Origin: Lobosporangium transversale
Lineage: Eukaryota
Assembly (NCBI RefSeq): GCF_002105155.1
Contig: NW_019028992.1
Span: forward strand, 1 to 64,000
Length of the DNA: 64,000 bases
Direction of reading: 5' to 3'
The notes under the pieces were generated by a model, which was not told the DNA's origin, made no database searches, and saw nothing but the letters and a program-made list of their open reading frames with translations. Positions 10,320 to 22,504 of this stretch are shown here, in pieces. Position 1 is the stretch's first letter. Each line of letters begins with the position of its first letter. The position numbers and the translations under genes were made by a program.

Positions 10320-10535
10320 GCCGCTCAAGGATGGCTTATACCATGTGCCATGCCTTGGACACATCATTAATCTGGCAGTTCAGGCGATTTTGGGCCCAAG
10401 TGGTTTGAATGACTTGGCTCCTGAAAATGACAGTCTCTACGTGAACAACAATGAGTGTGAGGATGCGGTTGGGTTAACACTTGTAACGCTGAGTACATTA
10501 CAGAAACTCAGAAAAGGCATTGTTAAGATCAGGTC
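10320..10535 (+). pseudogene. hAT transposase fragment
   Basis: HVPCLGHIINLAVQAIL is the CxxH signature of hAT transposases, followed by LQKLRKGIVKIR. Fragment only. Confidence 0.7.
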
Positions 10536-10715
10536 AGTATTACTCTATAATCTTTGCACCATATAGACCCATATAGCGTATACGATGATTTAATTTACCA
10601 CTCACGTGGGGCAGACGATATCTTATAGTATATAAGATGTCGTCTGTCCAGAAATAAAGACCCCTCTCTTTGTCCTATTGAACTTTGGTTCCATATACAT
10701 AGTAAGCTATATCAA

Positions 10716-11523
10716 TTAGGCTAAAACATTGCATTCTTGTAGCTGCGCAGACACATTTGTAGAAGCCAGACTGATTGCACGAGCCTCCTTATCTTGACTC
10801 AATCTCGATATATCCTCTACTTCTTCTACGTTATTTTCAGATGGCGCGAGAGCATTCCCATAGGTGCTGTCTTCACCGGATGGTTCAACTGGCCCCCACA
10901 CTATTTCTGGCTCGGAATCTGACACATCCGAAGAATAGTCTCCACCATCATCACAGTCGTGCTCTTCAGGATCCGTATCAACGTCGCTAGCTTCATCATG
11001 ATTGTAGAATTCGGAGCCTAGCTCAAGGTCTTCAGCTGCATCCTCACCGTTACTCGAAATTAAGGTATCAGTGGTGAGGACCTATAATTTGCATCAAGAA
11101 AAATAATTAATTATAAGCTAATCGAAATAGCTAGCATGTTCGTGATACTTATAAATACCATTGTGGACGGCTAATATTATCTATCTCAGAGAGGAGGAAG
11201 ACAGAGAGTTAGAAATGAAGTAGGCTAATTTGAATTTACGCGTTTTTTTTTTTTTTTCTTTTTTTTAAAAAAAATAAAAAGGTTACCTGGGACAGGAGAT
11301 GGACTACAGAAACACGAAAAGGGCCTGAATGGAGTCTGCAGGAGAGCGATCCTGACATAAATAAAATAGTAATGAGCGATGGAATAGGATTAGATGGCGA
11401 TTGTGATTCGGAAGAAGCAACTGGCAGAAAAGGGTGGATTTAGCAAATAGCCTACTACGTCACCTCATTATAAATTCTAACAAAAAAATACCACTACGCA
11501 ACTTGAGTATTTAAGGGAATTCG
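10716..11523 (-). mobile_element. 5' fragment of a MULE-like element, related to 18719-19843
   Basis: Acidic peptide DYSSDVSDSEPEI resembles DYSSGASDSDPEI. Both fragments end in TAAGGGAATTCG. Confidence 0.5.
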
Positions 11524-11812
11524 TATGATGGATGAGGAATAAAAACAAACGGAGTGGCTTAAGTTTGCCCCCATACGTGTGTACGTAATTTTATTTTTAG
11601 TGAGCACATCCTATTGCCACTCTTTTTTTTTTTTTCTCACGCATCCATCTTTTTTTTCTTTCATCCCTCTTCCTCTAAGCATTTCTCTTTCAATCTTCAC
11701 ATTAACGCCAACATTCTTGCTCAGTTCACTTTAATCAAACTAGCTCTCTGCTGGTTTACTGCCAATTACTTTTTTTTTTTTTTTTTTTTTTTCAGTGCGC
11801 AATTAAACCAAG

Positions 11813-14404
11813 ATGACTCAAAAAATTATGCTCTTTTGCATTCTCGATGGCGACTCTTCCGCATTTAAAGTCCAATTGGATGCTGATGACTCAATTGCTG
11901 CTCTCAAAAAAGCAATCAAGAAGGAAAAAGAAAACGACTTCCGAGAGATTGTTGCCGACAAATTGAATCTCTGGCATGTCTCCATCGTAATCGGAGACGA
12001 TGAGGACGAAAAAACCATTACACTTTCAGAACACCCAAATGCAAAAAAGCTTTGTGCAACAAGCAAGATCTCTGAGATTTTCGGCACTACACCAGAAAAG
12101 AAAACCATACACGTCGTTGTCCAGAGGCCGTCGGCAGGTAAGAAGCTGTTAAATTCTAATTGTGCCTGTTACTGCGGCATGCCATGTGGTGACGCTTGTT
12201 GTAATCATTGATTATGTCTAATGATCCTTCGCATTATTGCGGTATAGATCCGTCTACTTCCACTTCGAGTAAGACTCATTTGTTTAATTGGCTCTCTCTT
12301 TTTTTCATAAGGTTAATCATCGCACATGTGCTTGACGACTTCCTCTGATGCTTATTTTCTTTTTTTCTTGCAAATTTCTATCATTGCTTCCTTTACCAAC
12401 AGACTCGGAAAAAAAGAGGAGGGCCGAAGACTTATGTAAGCTAATTCTCCCTTAAGGATTGGAACCGATTCCTTATTTTCTCTTCTGACAGGTCTTGCTG
12501 TTTTTTTTTCTAATTTTTTTCAGTACCGCGACTTTTGAAAAAAAAGAGGTGGACCGTCAATGAACCGATCAGATTCGACGAAGTTAATCAGGTCTACTAT
12601 GTGGATCCTGCGGACCATGACAACAATGAGGAAATACTACAGGCGTTTTTGACCGCGAGATAGTGATGCTCATAGGCGCACGTGCCTCTGGAAAAACAAC
12701 ACGGTTGTATCGACTTATCACCCAATTAGCTGACTTTGGATATCGCTGCCTCCCGTAAGCCAACTTCTGTGAAAATGGATAAAGTGGATGCAATGTATGC
12801 GCTAATATACCAGTACTGACCCTCTATTTTTTATTTAGACTATCATTTGAGGGAGTTGCCGTTGGCAATAATGAGCCTGATTTCTGGAAAACTTTTGGAA
12901 ATGCTCTTCGCCGCAACTATAAAGTCGATGATATTACAACCAAACGAGATTTTCTCGATGCTTTCGGTCGAACTAAATTCAAGGACGAGAAGATTGTCAT
13001 CTTGGTTGACGAGTTTGATTTACTGTTTAACGCAAGCGACGAGATCCGCAACCAATGCTTACAGGCGTTTCGAGCAATCCGACAGAACAACCATTTATAC
13101 GCCATTGACAGTATTGTCTTATGTGGAACCTTTAGTCTTCAGCACCTTAGCACAACAGGTCAACACATAGCCCCGTTCAATGTCAACATACTATCAGGAA
13201 CCCGTATTTCACTCTTGATCAAACGCGGCAGCTCTTTAATGACTATGCGAATGATGAGATGATTAAAATAGATGATGAGATTATTCGAGACATACACTGG
13301 AAGTCAAATGGGTATGTTTTTTAAGCTTAGTTAACTCTCCACGAGATGATGTGCCATTCTAATACAATGAATTGTGCTCAATGTCAATAGTCATCCAGGA
13401 ATGATTTGTCTTTGTGGACGTTCCATTCATGAGAATCTTCGCTCCAAAGTCAACGACTCGACGAATTGTCTCGATTACGATACATGGCTGGACTTCTCCA
13501 CAGACAATCAGAGTGAGATGATGCTTTCACATCATACCTTCAGAAGGATGGTCGATTCACTTTTGAGTGAATCAGCTACAGATGCTGTTAATCTTCTCCG
13601 AACAGATTTTATTGGGTATCTCGGCGATATATCTATCACAGACATGGAAAAACAGAGATTGGCAGACTTCCTAACTGCAGAAGGGGTGCTGATAAGACTT
13701 GATGGCAGTAACTACCGTATGGCCTCAGCATTCATTGACTCGTTTGTGAGGAGATATATTATCCATCAAAATATCCCCACGCTCCTTCGGAGTCACCCCC
13801 AAAGGAAAGTCAAGGAGGATTATTGGATATTCTGGAGACTATGAAGATTGCTCTTCGATTTTTCGATAAAAACTTGATTATACAGTCGGAATATCGATCA
13901 TACAAAAGATCGGGGAGAACAGTTAAGGTTATGGGTGGATACAATGCCAAAGTCCTCCGGGAGAGCGTCTATGACACGGAATTGATGAGGATTCTCACCA
14001 ACTGGCTAAACAAAATAGAAGGATATGGGATCATTAGCCAGTGGCACCTCCATGAGCTTGAGGACCACAAATATAGTGATATTGTCATCAAGAAAGCAGG
14101 AGAGCCGACGGTTGTTATCGAGCTTTTGGCTACAGGAAGTCAATCTTCTATTAAGGACTGTATCAGCAAGACGCCAACTTATAAACGCTTACTCTCAGCA
14201 GAAGAAGCTTGGGTTGTTCATTTTACTCGGGAGGACGACTATCTTGAGCACCCATACTGGCAAACCGACGCGGAACTGGACCAAGGGGTGAATTTGGTGC
14301 ATTTCTGGCACGATAGGAGTTTTGATACAGTGAAGATGAGTGCTCACTGGAAGGACAAGAGTGGCAATAGTCAAAGAATTGACAATGAGCTGTTGACTGT
14401 CTAA
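11813..14404 (+). pseudogene. Crinkler (CRN)-type protein: ubiquitin-like header, P-loop NTPase and PD-(D/E)xK-like nuclease; multi-exon with three apparent 1-bp frameshifts
   Basis: Header LFCILDG..SIAALKKAIK..LNLWHV..IHVVVQRP. Walker A GARASGKTT and Walker B ILVDEFD. C-terminal ESVYDTEL..SDIVI..VVIELLAT. GT-AG introns. Confidence 0.8.
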
Positions 14405-14631
14405 CAGCAATTCTATTTTTTTTACCAACATTGTACGGGCGTCCCATTTTGTTGACATAGGCTTTATAATTTTGCAGATCTGTTTGAATAGCTGTTACTT
14501 TGTATATTGGGGACTTTGAGCACTTAGTACATTACATTTAAATGTAGCTTGAAATGGTCAGCTTTATTACAGCCTTTTGTGATAAATGTGTAATGAAAAT
14601 AAATGCACTTTCAAAGTTAATTAGATATTTA

Positions 14632-15143
14632 TAGTGCGTGCCAAAACTGATGCAATAAATTGCATTTTTCAACATTCATTCCTCATTCTCCTTCTTCTTC
14701 TTTATGATCCTCCCTGCCACCACCGTTTCTCATTCTCATTTGTCTCACCTCCATGGAGTCTCATCGTCATCGCCATCAGTGGCCTAATTAGCATTTAATT
14801 GCAATTTGCTTTCAGCATCTCATTGCATCTATTATGGCAATTAACAACTTCTTGTTTTTATTTATACCTGTTACTTCTCCTTTCCCCTAACGATGTTCCC
14901 TCCTTTAGCCTTATATAACTCCCTCATCCTCTTCGGCATACCGCAGTATAGTTTGTGTAAGAATTCAGGAGGGATATGTGTCCATACGTCTTGGACTCTC
15001 TCCCAGAGATCCTCCATATTCTTTGCCTTGTCTGGATAATGATCCAACTGCACCTTCATGTATGCCCATATGTTTTCTATTGGGTTGCTATCAGGAGAGT
15101 TTGCTGGCCTGTTCATGAGAGGTATCATAGACTTTTGGATATA
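14632..15143 (-). mobile_element. 3' half of a Tc1 element, same family as 27626-29220
   Basis: Near-identical inverted copy of about 28718-29220, including the TIR TAGTGCGTGCCAAAACTGATGC and NPIENIWAYMK. Cut at a TA where another Tc1 TIR starts. Confidence 0.92.
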
Positions 15144-15172
15144 CAGTGGCCATCAAAGGTCATTCAATGAAT
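15144..15172 (+). mobile_element. Orphan Tc1 TIR related to the 8657-10252 family
   Basis: TA followed by CAGTGGCCATCAAAGGTCATTCAATGA. Confidence 0.7.
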
Positions 15173-15790
15173 CAGTGCTCCTAATCGGTACATTCGATTC
15201 AATACACCTTCGAACCGAAATCGAATTGACCAAGGTAAGGTTCATATCGAATCGAAACCGAATGAATATATATTGTCGAAACCGAATCGAATGTATCGAA
15301 TATCCGATGCATTCGGTAAACCGAAACATTCGGTGCCTCTATTGTACCGATTCAATCCATTTGATATACCGAATCATTCGGTACATTGATAAACCGATTA
15401 AAATCTTTATAAATTTTTTCTCACGGCACTCTTAATCAAAATGTGGATTTAAATCGTGGATTAAGAAAAATATTACCATGAAGATAAGGTTAAAACACAT
15501 GTTTATAGAAAATAAAGCCTAACAACGAGTGCGAGATATCTGGTGCGTTATACTTAAATACTCAACTGCGGCATCAGGACAACAAATGTGTTTGCATTCG
15601 CTTCAGTTCGCCTCATTTCCTTTCCTTTTCCTTTTTTTTTTTTTTTTTTTTCTCTCTTTTCCTTTTCATGCATTATCTCAATTAAGCCCAAAACATCTCT
15701 TAAAATGAGTAAACGAAGTCGTCGAATTATCGAGGAGGAAGAAGAAGAAGTATATATTGATTACATTTGCCATATTACTTTGTATTAATG
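15173..15790 (+). mobile_element. Left end of a hAT-like element with subterminal repeats and a possible first exon (MSKRSRRIIEEEEE, ATG 15705)
   Basis: Terminus CAGTGCTCCTA with dense ACCGA/TCGAA subterminal repeats. The same terminus is inverted at 37111-37121. Confidence 0.55.
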
Positions 15791-15892
15791 TCAAGGGCTG
15801 ACAGGACGATTGCAAGAGAAGGTAAGTGATTTAGGAACAAGAATGAACTTAGGAGATTCAAGAATAGTTTTATGGCAGACTGAGGTTTACTA

Positions 15893-16311
15893 TGTTACAA
15901 ATCTATCATATTTATACTTGTTTGACTGAAGCGGAGACGCGCTTCAAGAACTCTAAATAAAGCTTACTCAAATATTTCCTAAGGACTTTTACCATATGCG
16001 GAACTCCAAGTGTTGAGTTAACTTAATACACAGGATCCGAGGAAGATATCTGGTGCAATCTTATTTCAAGGTTCCTTGGCACTATAAGCCTTGGTTATTG
16101 GTTTATAGCTCTTCTAGAATCCTTGGAGCTATTCACGGAGCTAGAAAACTAGGAGACGCGACTTGGCTTGACAGGCAAACTATGCATGGAGGAATGAGTG
16201 AAGGAAATGAGCGGAACAAATTAATCAAGCACACGTGATCTTTTTCAGATTCGAATCAGACAAAAGTCATTCATCAATTCATGAGCTAGACATTGCTTGC
16301 TGTTCGTGACA
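15893..16311. mobile_element. Probable isolated LTR of a third family (~419 bp)
   Basis: Ends TGTTAC...GTGACA. The right end coincides exactly with the truncation of the neighbouring pol. No TSD. Confidence 0.55.
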
Positions 16312-17417
16312 CCATCCTTTTTCTTCACAAAGAGGACTGGAGCACCGTATGGTGAGGTGCTCGGTGAGATTAATCCTTTTTGTAAAAGATCAGTTAGCTG
16401 CTTCTTCAGTTCATCAAGCTCAGCGATCGACAATCTGATGACAGGTCGGACAGGTGGGTCAGCATAAGGGTCAGTCTCTATACGCATGCTATCACCTCTG
16501 TCAGGGGGAAGGCCATCGGGAAGTGTTGTAGGAAAGACATCAGGGAATTCGACTTGAACGATTTGCTTGATAGAGTCCGGTAGTTCAGAACTACTGCTAG
16601 AGACAGGTACTGGAACTCGAACTTGGGCGAGGAATACAGAGGCATCAGGTTCCGAGGCAACGGTAAGGAAGTTAAGAGCAGATATGACGGAAGATCGCTG
16701 TCTAGGCTTCCTGTCGATGCCAGTGCCAGCCCACAAGACCGGGGTACCTTGGTATTCAAAATGCAGATCATTTGTTCGCCAATTGATGCGAGGGTTGATA
16801 TCCGTCAGCCATGGTTTACCCAAAATTAGGTCGTATTTGGATAGAGGATAAACAATGGCGTTGATTTTATCCTGATACGCGTTGCGGGCGAGGGTGAACG
16901 TGGCTGTGTGCTGAGCAATTGTCTCGGTACCGTTGGGAAGAATGACAGGAATGGGTCTACCCTCAATTAGCGGAACATGTGTGTTCTCGCAGAAAGAGGA
17001 ACTTATGACATTGCCTTCGGCCCCTCCATCTACAAGAATGCGCGCAGGTCGACCATTCACTGCTCCAATGAAAGTAAGGAGTCGGCGAGAGTTTATATGT
17101 TTGTCATAGGTAAGGCTGAAGGATTGAAGGCGAATTTCGTTACGACAATGGGAGTGGCGATTGGATGAACTAGGGGTAGATGAATGAGTGGAAGTGAGTG
17201 AAGTGGAAACAGTGAAAGGATCAGTGGAGCGGAAAATAGGGTCGGAGAGGGGATTGTTTTTTAGCAATGAGGAATGAGTAGGGGAATGGGGATCAGGATG
17301 AGGTGAATACTTAGAGAGTAGATGTAAGGAAGTAGATGCAGTGGGAGCAATAGAGTGATCAGAAAGGGGCATGGATGTTATATTTGTGCACAAAGGATTT
17401 TTATTTGTAGTCATCAA
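16312..17417 (-). pseudogene. pol: Truncated pol (protease and first RT motif)
   Basis: ILVDGGAEGN, YDLILGKPWL, SPYGAPVLFVKKKDG, then foreign sequence. Confidence 0.9.
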
Positions 17418-17488
17418 CTGTAACTGACCATGCCCTCTATTATCCAGGGCTTGAAGGCTGGGGCTAGAGGGGGCGAGGCAGGCCTGGT

Positions 17489-18460
17489 TTACTGCTCGCC
17501 CTCCTCTTTTCCCGACTCAGAAAGTGTATGGTCATTGTTTTCTATATTAAAGACAGAGGTGCGTTGGCATTGTTCGGCTCTATGACCTCGGTTCCGGCAT
17601 CTGAAACAACGCCCCTCACGAACGCAACGTTCTCGTTCAGCTGCTGTGAGCTTGGGTAGCGAGCTTGGCTTGGAGTGGTTTCTGTTTGGTCGTTGCTGAT
17701 GGAGAGAGGTGTACAGGTTGGCAACCAACATTCTCATGTTATCGAGATCCATTGGTGTAGGGCCAGAATTATTCTCATGATGGGGTGATAAGGCGTTCGG
17801 GGTAGCGGATACAGGGGTGGCATCGATGGGATGTAGAATACTGTGGACAATGGTCGCCTGCTCAATGGCATCGTCCAACGTCTCTGGCTGTCTAAGTCTT
17901 ACCTGCTTGCTTGTTTCGGGCTCAAGGCCTAGCATGTATTTTTGCAAAGCAGAGTCTTTGTCGAGATTTGTAGCCAGACGTAGGTGGCTTCTAAACTTGC
18001 TCGTATATTCTGCCACACTCATCCTTCCCTGACGAAGTTTATCCAACGCTCGGCGAGCTGCATTCGCAGAATCTGGAGGGGTGAACTGACGGAGGAATGC
18101 TTTACGGAAGTCAGCCCAAGGTGTATCGAGATTCAACCCGGAATCTCTCCACCATGCCTTGGCTTCGCCATTGAGACTGAGGACAGCGTATCGAACCCAT
18201 TTGGATGGCGTGAGTGTGACAATAGTGTAATACTCCTCCAGGCTGTCGACAAAGTTTAAGGCTGCAACAGCGTTAATAGCTCCTTCGTAAGGCGTAGGCT
18301 TCTGTGGCTTTAGGACCGTGGCGAGGGTTCTGGCTAGGTCATTCTCAGCGGCTTCGTTGGCTTTGGCAGTAGAGAGGGCCTGATTAAAAGCAGTAGCTAT
18401 GGCTTCGCGAATGTTCAGAGGAAGATCGATGGACGAAAGGGCGTTATTCAAGTGTTCCAT
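17489..18460 (-). CDS. gag: Gag, intact ORF
   Basis: LNGEAKAWW, LRQGRMSVAEY, PTPMDLD and CFRCRNRGHRAEQC motifs. Confidence 0.93.
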   Translation of the reverse strand: MEHLNNALSSIDLPLNIREAIATAFNQALSTAKANEAAENDLARTLATVLKPQKPTPYEGAINAVAALNFVDSLEEYYTIVTLTPSKWVRYAVLSLNGEAKAWWRDSGLNLDTPWADFRKAFLRQFTPPDSANAARRALDKLRQGRMSVAEYTSKFRSHLRLATNLDKDSALQKYMLGLEPETSKQVRLRQPETLDDAIEQATIVHSILHPIDATPVSATPNALSPHHENNSGPTPMDLDNMRMLVANLYTSLHQQRPNRNHSKPSSLPKLTAAERERCVREGRCFRCRNRGHRAEQCQRTSVFNIENNDHTLSESGKEEGEQ

Positions 18461-18718
18461 GGCGAGGGGTGAAATTCAATGGTAATTGTAGTTCTCTGGG
18501 TGTGGTCGTGGTTTCCTTTGCTACCAATGCAAAAGTCAAGGTAGTGTTCTAGGGGGATCTAAGGGTGCAATAAAGGTATCTTTATTCAGGGGGAAATATG
18601 CTACAGAACTAGATAGAAAAGTAGACCTATTTATACTAATATCCTGTTGCAAGGAATGCTCTAGAAATATGGGCGAAATACTATGTTGCACAAAATTATT
18701 ATAGTGATTTCGCTTGCA

Positions 18719-19751
18719 TTGTGGACTAGAAGCTTTGCTCTACATCCAACTTTTTGGCTCTTCTTAAAGACGCGCCTCCTTGTTCCTGCCCAGGGTCTTG
18801 AGGGGAATCTTGAGAGGAGTCTTGAGGGGAGTCTTGTTGAGCGGTTTGAACGCGATTTTGGCCTCGCGAGTCATGGTTACGGTGGCATTCGTGGGTTTGA
18901 AAATAAAAGTATTTGCTTCTGCCATCTGCCTTATTATCTCGATGTACACGGCGCATCCAAACAAAATAATGATCGAGACTATCCTGTTCAAGCCAAGCGC
19001 TGAAGTCCTCCTCGTTCACGTAAAAAATACGGGGCAGGTAGTCATACGGTTCTGTACGGGAGTCGTTTACAATGTCTTTGATCGTTTCATCATCGAGAGT
19101 CGACTTAATCCATTGGTAATCATGCACCTCCGAGCACAAAATCTCAGTTGCTATTTCATTGGCGTTCGCAATGACACTCTCGTCTAGTTCTGGACTCTCT
19201 GAGCCACCCGGCATGAGTGAGCTTTCCCCGGTACCAAAATCCGCAGAAGGATGGATGCTAATGGCTTCAACAGGAGCTGCAGATGATTCAGGCTCTATTT
19301 CTGGGTCGGAATCCGAAGCCCCACTCGAATAGTCATTGTAGTCAACGTTCCACGAGTCCCGGTCAGAGTCTGATTCCTCGCTCCCATGCTCACAGTCAGA
19401 ATCGAATTCTTCTAGATCATCAGCGCGATCTATTTCATCTACATCATCCAACAGACTATCCTCAATAACTTCTGAACTCTACACAGAAAGCAAGGTCAAG
19501 GAGAACCGAGAGGTGATTAATATATGTGCAAATATTTATTATTGATAAGGTAACATAGCCTCCGCACCATAATGCTTGTTCGATGAAATGATCTAAAATA
19601 ATACACATGTTGATTTACATTCAGAGTTCATTCAACATTCGACGCGTAATGGCAACAGTTTGCGAGCTGAATATTATCAACGATTTTTACCTGGAGAGAC
19701 AGAGGTGTATAAGAAGAATTGATATCAAGATCGCATTTCTGCAAACGCGTG

Positions 19752-19785
<34 letters not shown>

Positions 19786-19843
19786 GACGTATTAGAATCG
19801 CCTTTATTATCACCCTTAATGGTACCACATCTAAGGGAATTCG
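18719..19843 (-). mobile_element. 5' fragment of a MULE-like element (acidic region plus WRKY/GCM1-like zinc-finger start), cut by the Gypsy LTR
   Basis: ORF 18726-19451 contains YFQTHECHR. A shifted frame gives SQKVGCRAKLLV, typical of the MULE/FAR1 N-terminal finger. Shares its terminus with 11512-11523. Confidence 0.55.
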
Positions 19844-19980
19844 AGTTTTCGCAACCCCGCTTTTACATCAAAATTCACATCGGGGAGTGAAAAAAAACCT
19901 TAAAAAGCATCTCTATTTTTGAAATCCAGCCTTGTCATAAATTTGCTTTGTAAAATACAACAAGATTCGCTTTTCTCGTA

Positions 19981-22312
19981 GAGTCCTCGCCAATAAGTCA
20001 TAAACTGGATATATTTTTCAGGCTTTTAAATTGAATAGAATACTTCCACTTTTAGACGCGGGAAAAATACGTACAAACTCAAAATTCGAGAGCGTTTTCG
20101 ATTGATAAGAGGCTCGTCCTCAGACTCGCTATCCTCTATCACATTAAACATGCTTCCAGCATCTAGCGTAAGATCCACTATCTCAGGGCCTAGGGTAACA
20201 GCTTCAGCTCGCTCTTGATTTAGTACTCTAATGAGTTCTGCATCCCACTCACTATTGTCGACTTTGAAAGTGTCACTAAGGTCCACAATAGGCTCGTTTT
20301 CATCAAAAACCTCTTGATAAACCTCTTCGACTATTTCTTCCTGTGCATGACTCCTCTCGTTATAGTATCTCATGCCAATTTTCACAGACTTCTTCCATAC
20401 AGAGTAAAAGACTTTACACGGAATCTGGGAAAACAAGCTTAGTAGCCTTTTTTTCAGCAAGATGGATGTCATTTTCACCATTGCTCTCGAGGCAATTATG
20501 TTTTTCACAACTGCCCAGATCTTCTCAATAGGTTGTAGCTCGCAATGGTAGGGTGGAGTCTTGAGGATTTCATGTCCACCATTCTCCTGGGCTATTTTAC
20601 TGATAGAGAAATACGACTCATCAGGAAGAGCGTTAACCAATTCCATAAGCTCGTTTTTGTTCAGTGCTTTTCCATTTTCCCTTGTTGGAATAACAATCTC
20701 CTTGCCCGTGAGCCACTCTTTGATAGTTTTCACAGTGTCGCTCTTGGTTGGTTTCCTGTTTTTCTTGTGAAAGTGATATGAAGCGCCATCAAGATGGATT
20801 TTACAAGGGCCAAGTCCCATCTTATTGAGATTCTCACAAAGTCGCTTAAAGATACTATCGAACAAACTAGCGTTGAAGTTTCCATGATAATCGTGATCTG
20901 TTGCCACGACCCCTGCATTCCTGATCTCCTCAGGTACGTCATCCCACAGTTCAGCCTCCTGCTCTTGGCCTTTTTTTGATTGAGGCTTTGGTCCCTTTGA
21001 TGGCCAAACATACACGCTATCATTAACGAATTTGCCTTCAACCTTTTTAGCAGCTTCATCATAATATACAATGAAGGCTGCAAATATAACCATGATTGGT
21101 TTCCTTCCTGCATCGTTAATGACACCACCGCCACTTTGCACCCAACGTCTTGCTGCAGCATGGTCAATGTGGCAGTAAGACTCGTCCAAGAAGACCTCTG
21201 GAGTCCTAGGCACCCAACTGCCGTCTACTAGTTTTAAATTCTTAAGACGGCGCTTCAGGTAAGTAGCTCGGAAGGCAATATTCTCCTTGGAGTCGTGCAA
21301 AAAGTTCTGTCGGATCCCTTTGCCCCAATACAGTCCCATTTTACGGAGGTCGCGAGTGATTGATCTTGCTGATCTGTCGATTTCAAAGTCTTCTTTCAGT
21401 TGGTTTGCAATTAAACCCGCAGAATTAGGAGTCCCGCTCTTGTTTGAGTCAACTATGATATTCAGCACCTTCGAGTTTAAATCCTTGTCCGCTTCTTTTT
21501 TAGGGCGTCCAGTTCTTCCTCGCCCTGTCATTTCGACGATGCCTGTTTGTGCATATTTAATTGCTGCCACACAGGTGTTTCTCCCTACACCCATCAGAAT
21601 CGAAAGGTCCATTGCTCTGTTGTCTGTCTTCTTAAACCAGTCTTGGACTGCTGGTGGCGCATTCATTATAGCATTATATGTATGAGCTATTATCGCGTAT
21701 TCGTCTTTAGTAACGGACGCTTTACTGCGTGTAAATGCCTTTTTTCTCTCTCCAGTTTGTTTGTCTGACAAGAATGGATTTAAATCGAGGGTATTGGGAC
21801 GCTCACCGAATTGCTCTAATGAGGTAGAACTCCTTGGCTCGTTTCTGGGAGGAGTAATCCATTGATATTCGGTAGGAGACCTAATAGGGGAGAGATCGGC
21901 TTCAGTGGGCAGTTGTGGCGATCTTCGAGGCGGAGTGAAGGGTGTGCCTGAAATCATTTGGTCGATATTTCCTTCGCTATACCAACCACCAAGATCGTTG
22001 TATGAGAGTAGGTTATTGATATCAAAAGGGAAAGACATTTTACTATCTGAAGATTGCGAATAAAGTAGGTTGACAATGAGGATGAGATCGAGAATGAGAT
22101 TGAGAATGATGTTGCCCATTTCTCGCAAATTCTAATATTTCTAATTAAAAACGAAGATTGAATTGGTTTGGTGGCCATGCATCTAATTCATTCCTTCTAT
22201 TCAAAAAATATATGCATTTTTGTCTTCGTACGTAAATTTTTATTTTTCAAATTTTTAATTCAAATTGAGTATTGTAAAATATATCCAGTTTATGACTTTT
22301 TGGCGAGGACTC
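19981..22312 (-). mobile_element. IS630-Tc1-mariner element, Sailor-like (copy 1, 2332 bp)
   Basis: 37-bp TIRs GAGTCCTCGCCAA(T/A)AAGTCATAAACTGGATATATTTT with TA on both sides. Confidence 0.92.
20026..22128 (-). CDS. DD87E transposase (Sailor-like), copy 1; likely ATG at 22119 or 22038
   Basis: GRP motif, VFLDESYCH, IHLDGASYH and TPPYHCELQPIEKIW. I counted 87 residues between the second D and E. Confidence 0.9.
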   Translation of the reverse strand: MREMGNIILNLILDLILIVNLLYSQSSDSKMSFPFDINNLLSYNDLGGWYSEGNIDQMISGTPFTPPRRSPQLPTEADLSPIRSPTEYQWITPPRNEPRSSTSLEQFGERPNTLDLNPFLSDKQTGERKKAFTRSKASVTKDEYAIIAHTYNAIMNAPPAVQDWFKKTDNRAMDLSILMGVGRNTCVAAIKYAQTGIVEMTGRGRTGRPKKEADKDLNSKVLNIIVDSNKSGTPNSAGLIANQLKEDFEIDRSARSITRDLRKMGLYWGKGIRQNFLHDSKENIAFRATYLKRRLKNLKLVDGSWVPRTPEVFLDESYCHIDHAAARRWVQSGGGVINDAGRKPIMVIFAAFIVYYDEAAKKVEGKFVNDSVYVWPSKGPKPQSKKGQEQEAELWDDVPEEIRNAGVVATDHDYHGNFNASLFDSIFKRLCENLNKMGLGPCKIHLDGASYHFHKKNRKPTKSDTVKTIKEWLTGKEIVIPTRENGKALNKNELMELVNALPDESYFSISKIAQENGGHEILKTPPYHCELQPIEKIWAVVKNIIASRAMVKMTSILLKKRLLSLFSQIPCKVFYSVWKKSVKIGMRYYNERSHAQEEIVEEVYQEVFDENEPIVDLSDTFKVDNSEWDAELIRVLNQERAEAVTLGPEIVDLTLDAGSMFNVIEDSESEDEPLINRKRSRILSLYVFFPRLKVEVFYSI

Positions 22313-22504
22313 TATTTCTACGTCTAGCCAGAATTGCTTAAATTTAGCCAAAAAAAATATAAAAAATTGCCAATTTTATATTTTTATCATTTTTTACCAT
22401 AAAAGACCCGACTTTTTAGACTATAGAGGTTATCAACATTAGAAATCTCTATTCTATTAGTCATCTATGCTCTAGCCTAGAGTCCTTTAAAACCGTAGTG
22501 ACTA

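Larger units (their letters stand above)
16312..18718 (-). mobile_element. 3'-truncated Ty3/Gypsy element (5' LTR 18528-18718, PBS 18515-18526, gag, protease, start of RT)
   Basis: TG...CA LTR and the same PBS TGGTAGCAAAGG. Proteins are homologous to the 2261-8656 element. Breaks after LFVKKKDG. Confidence 0.93.
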
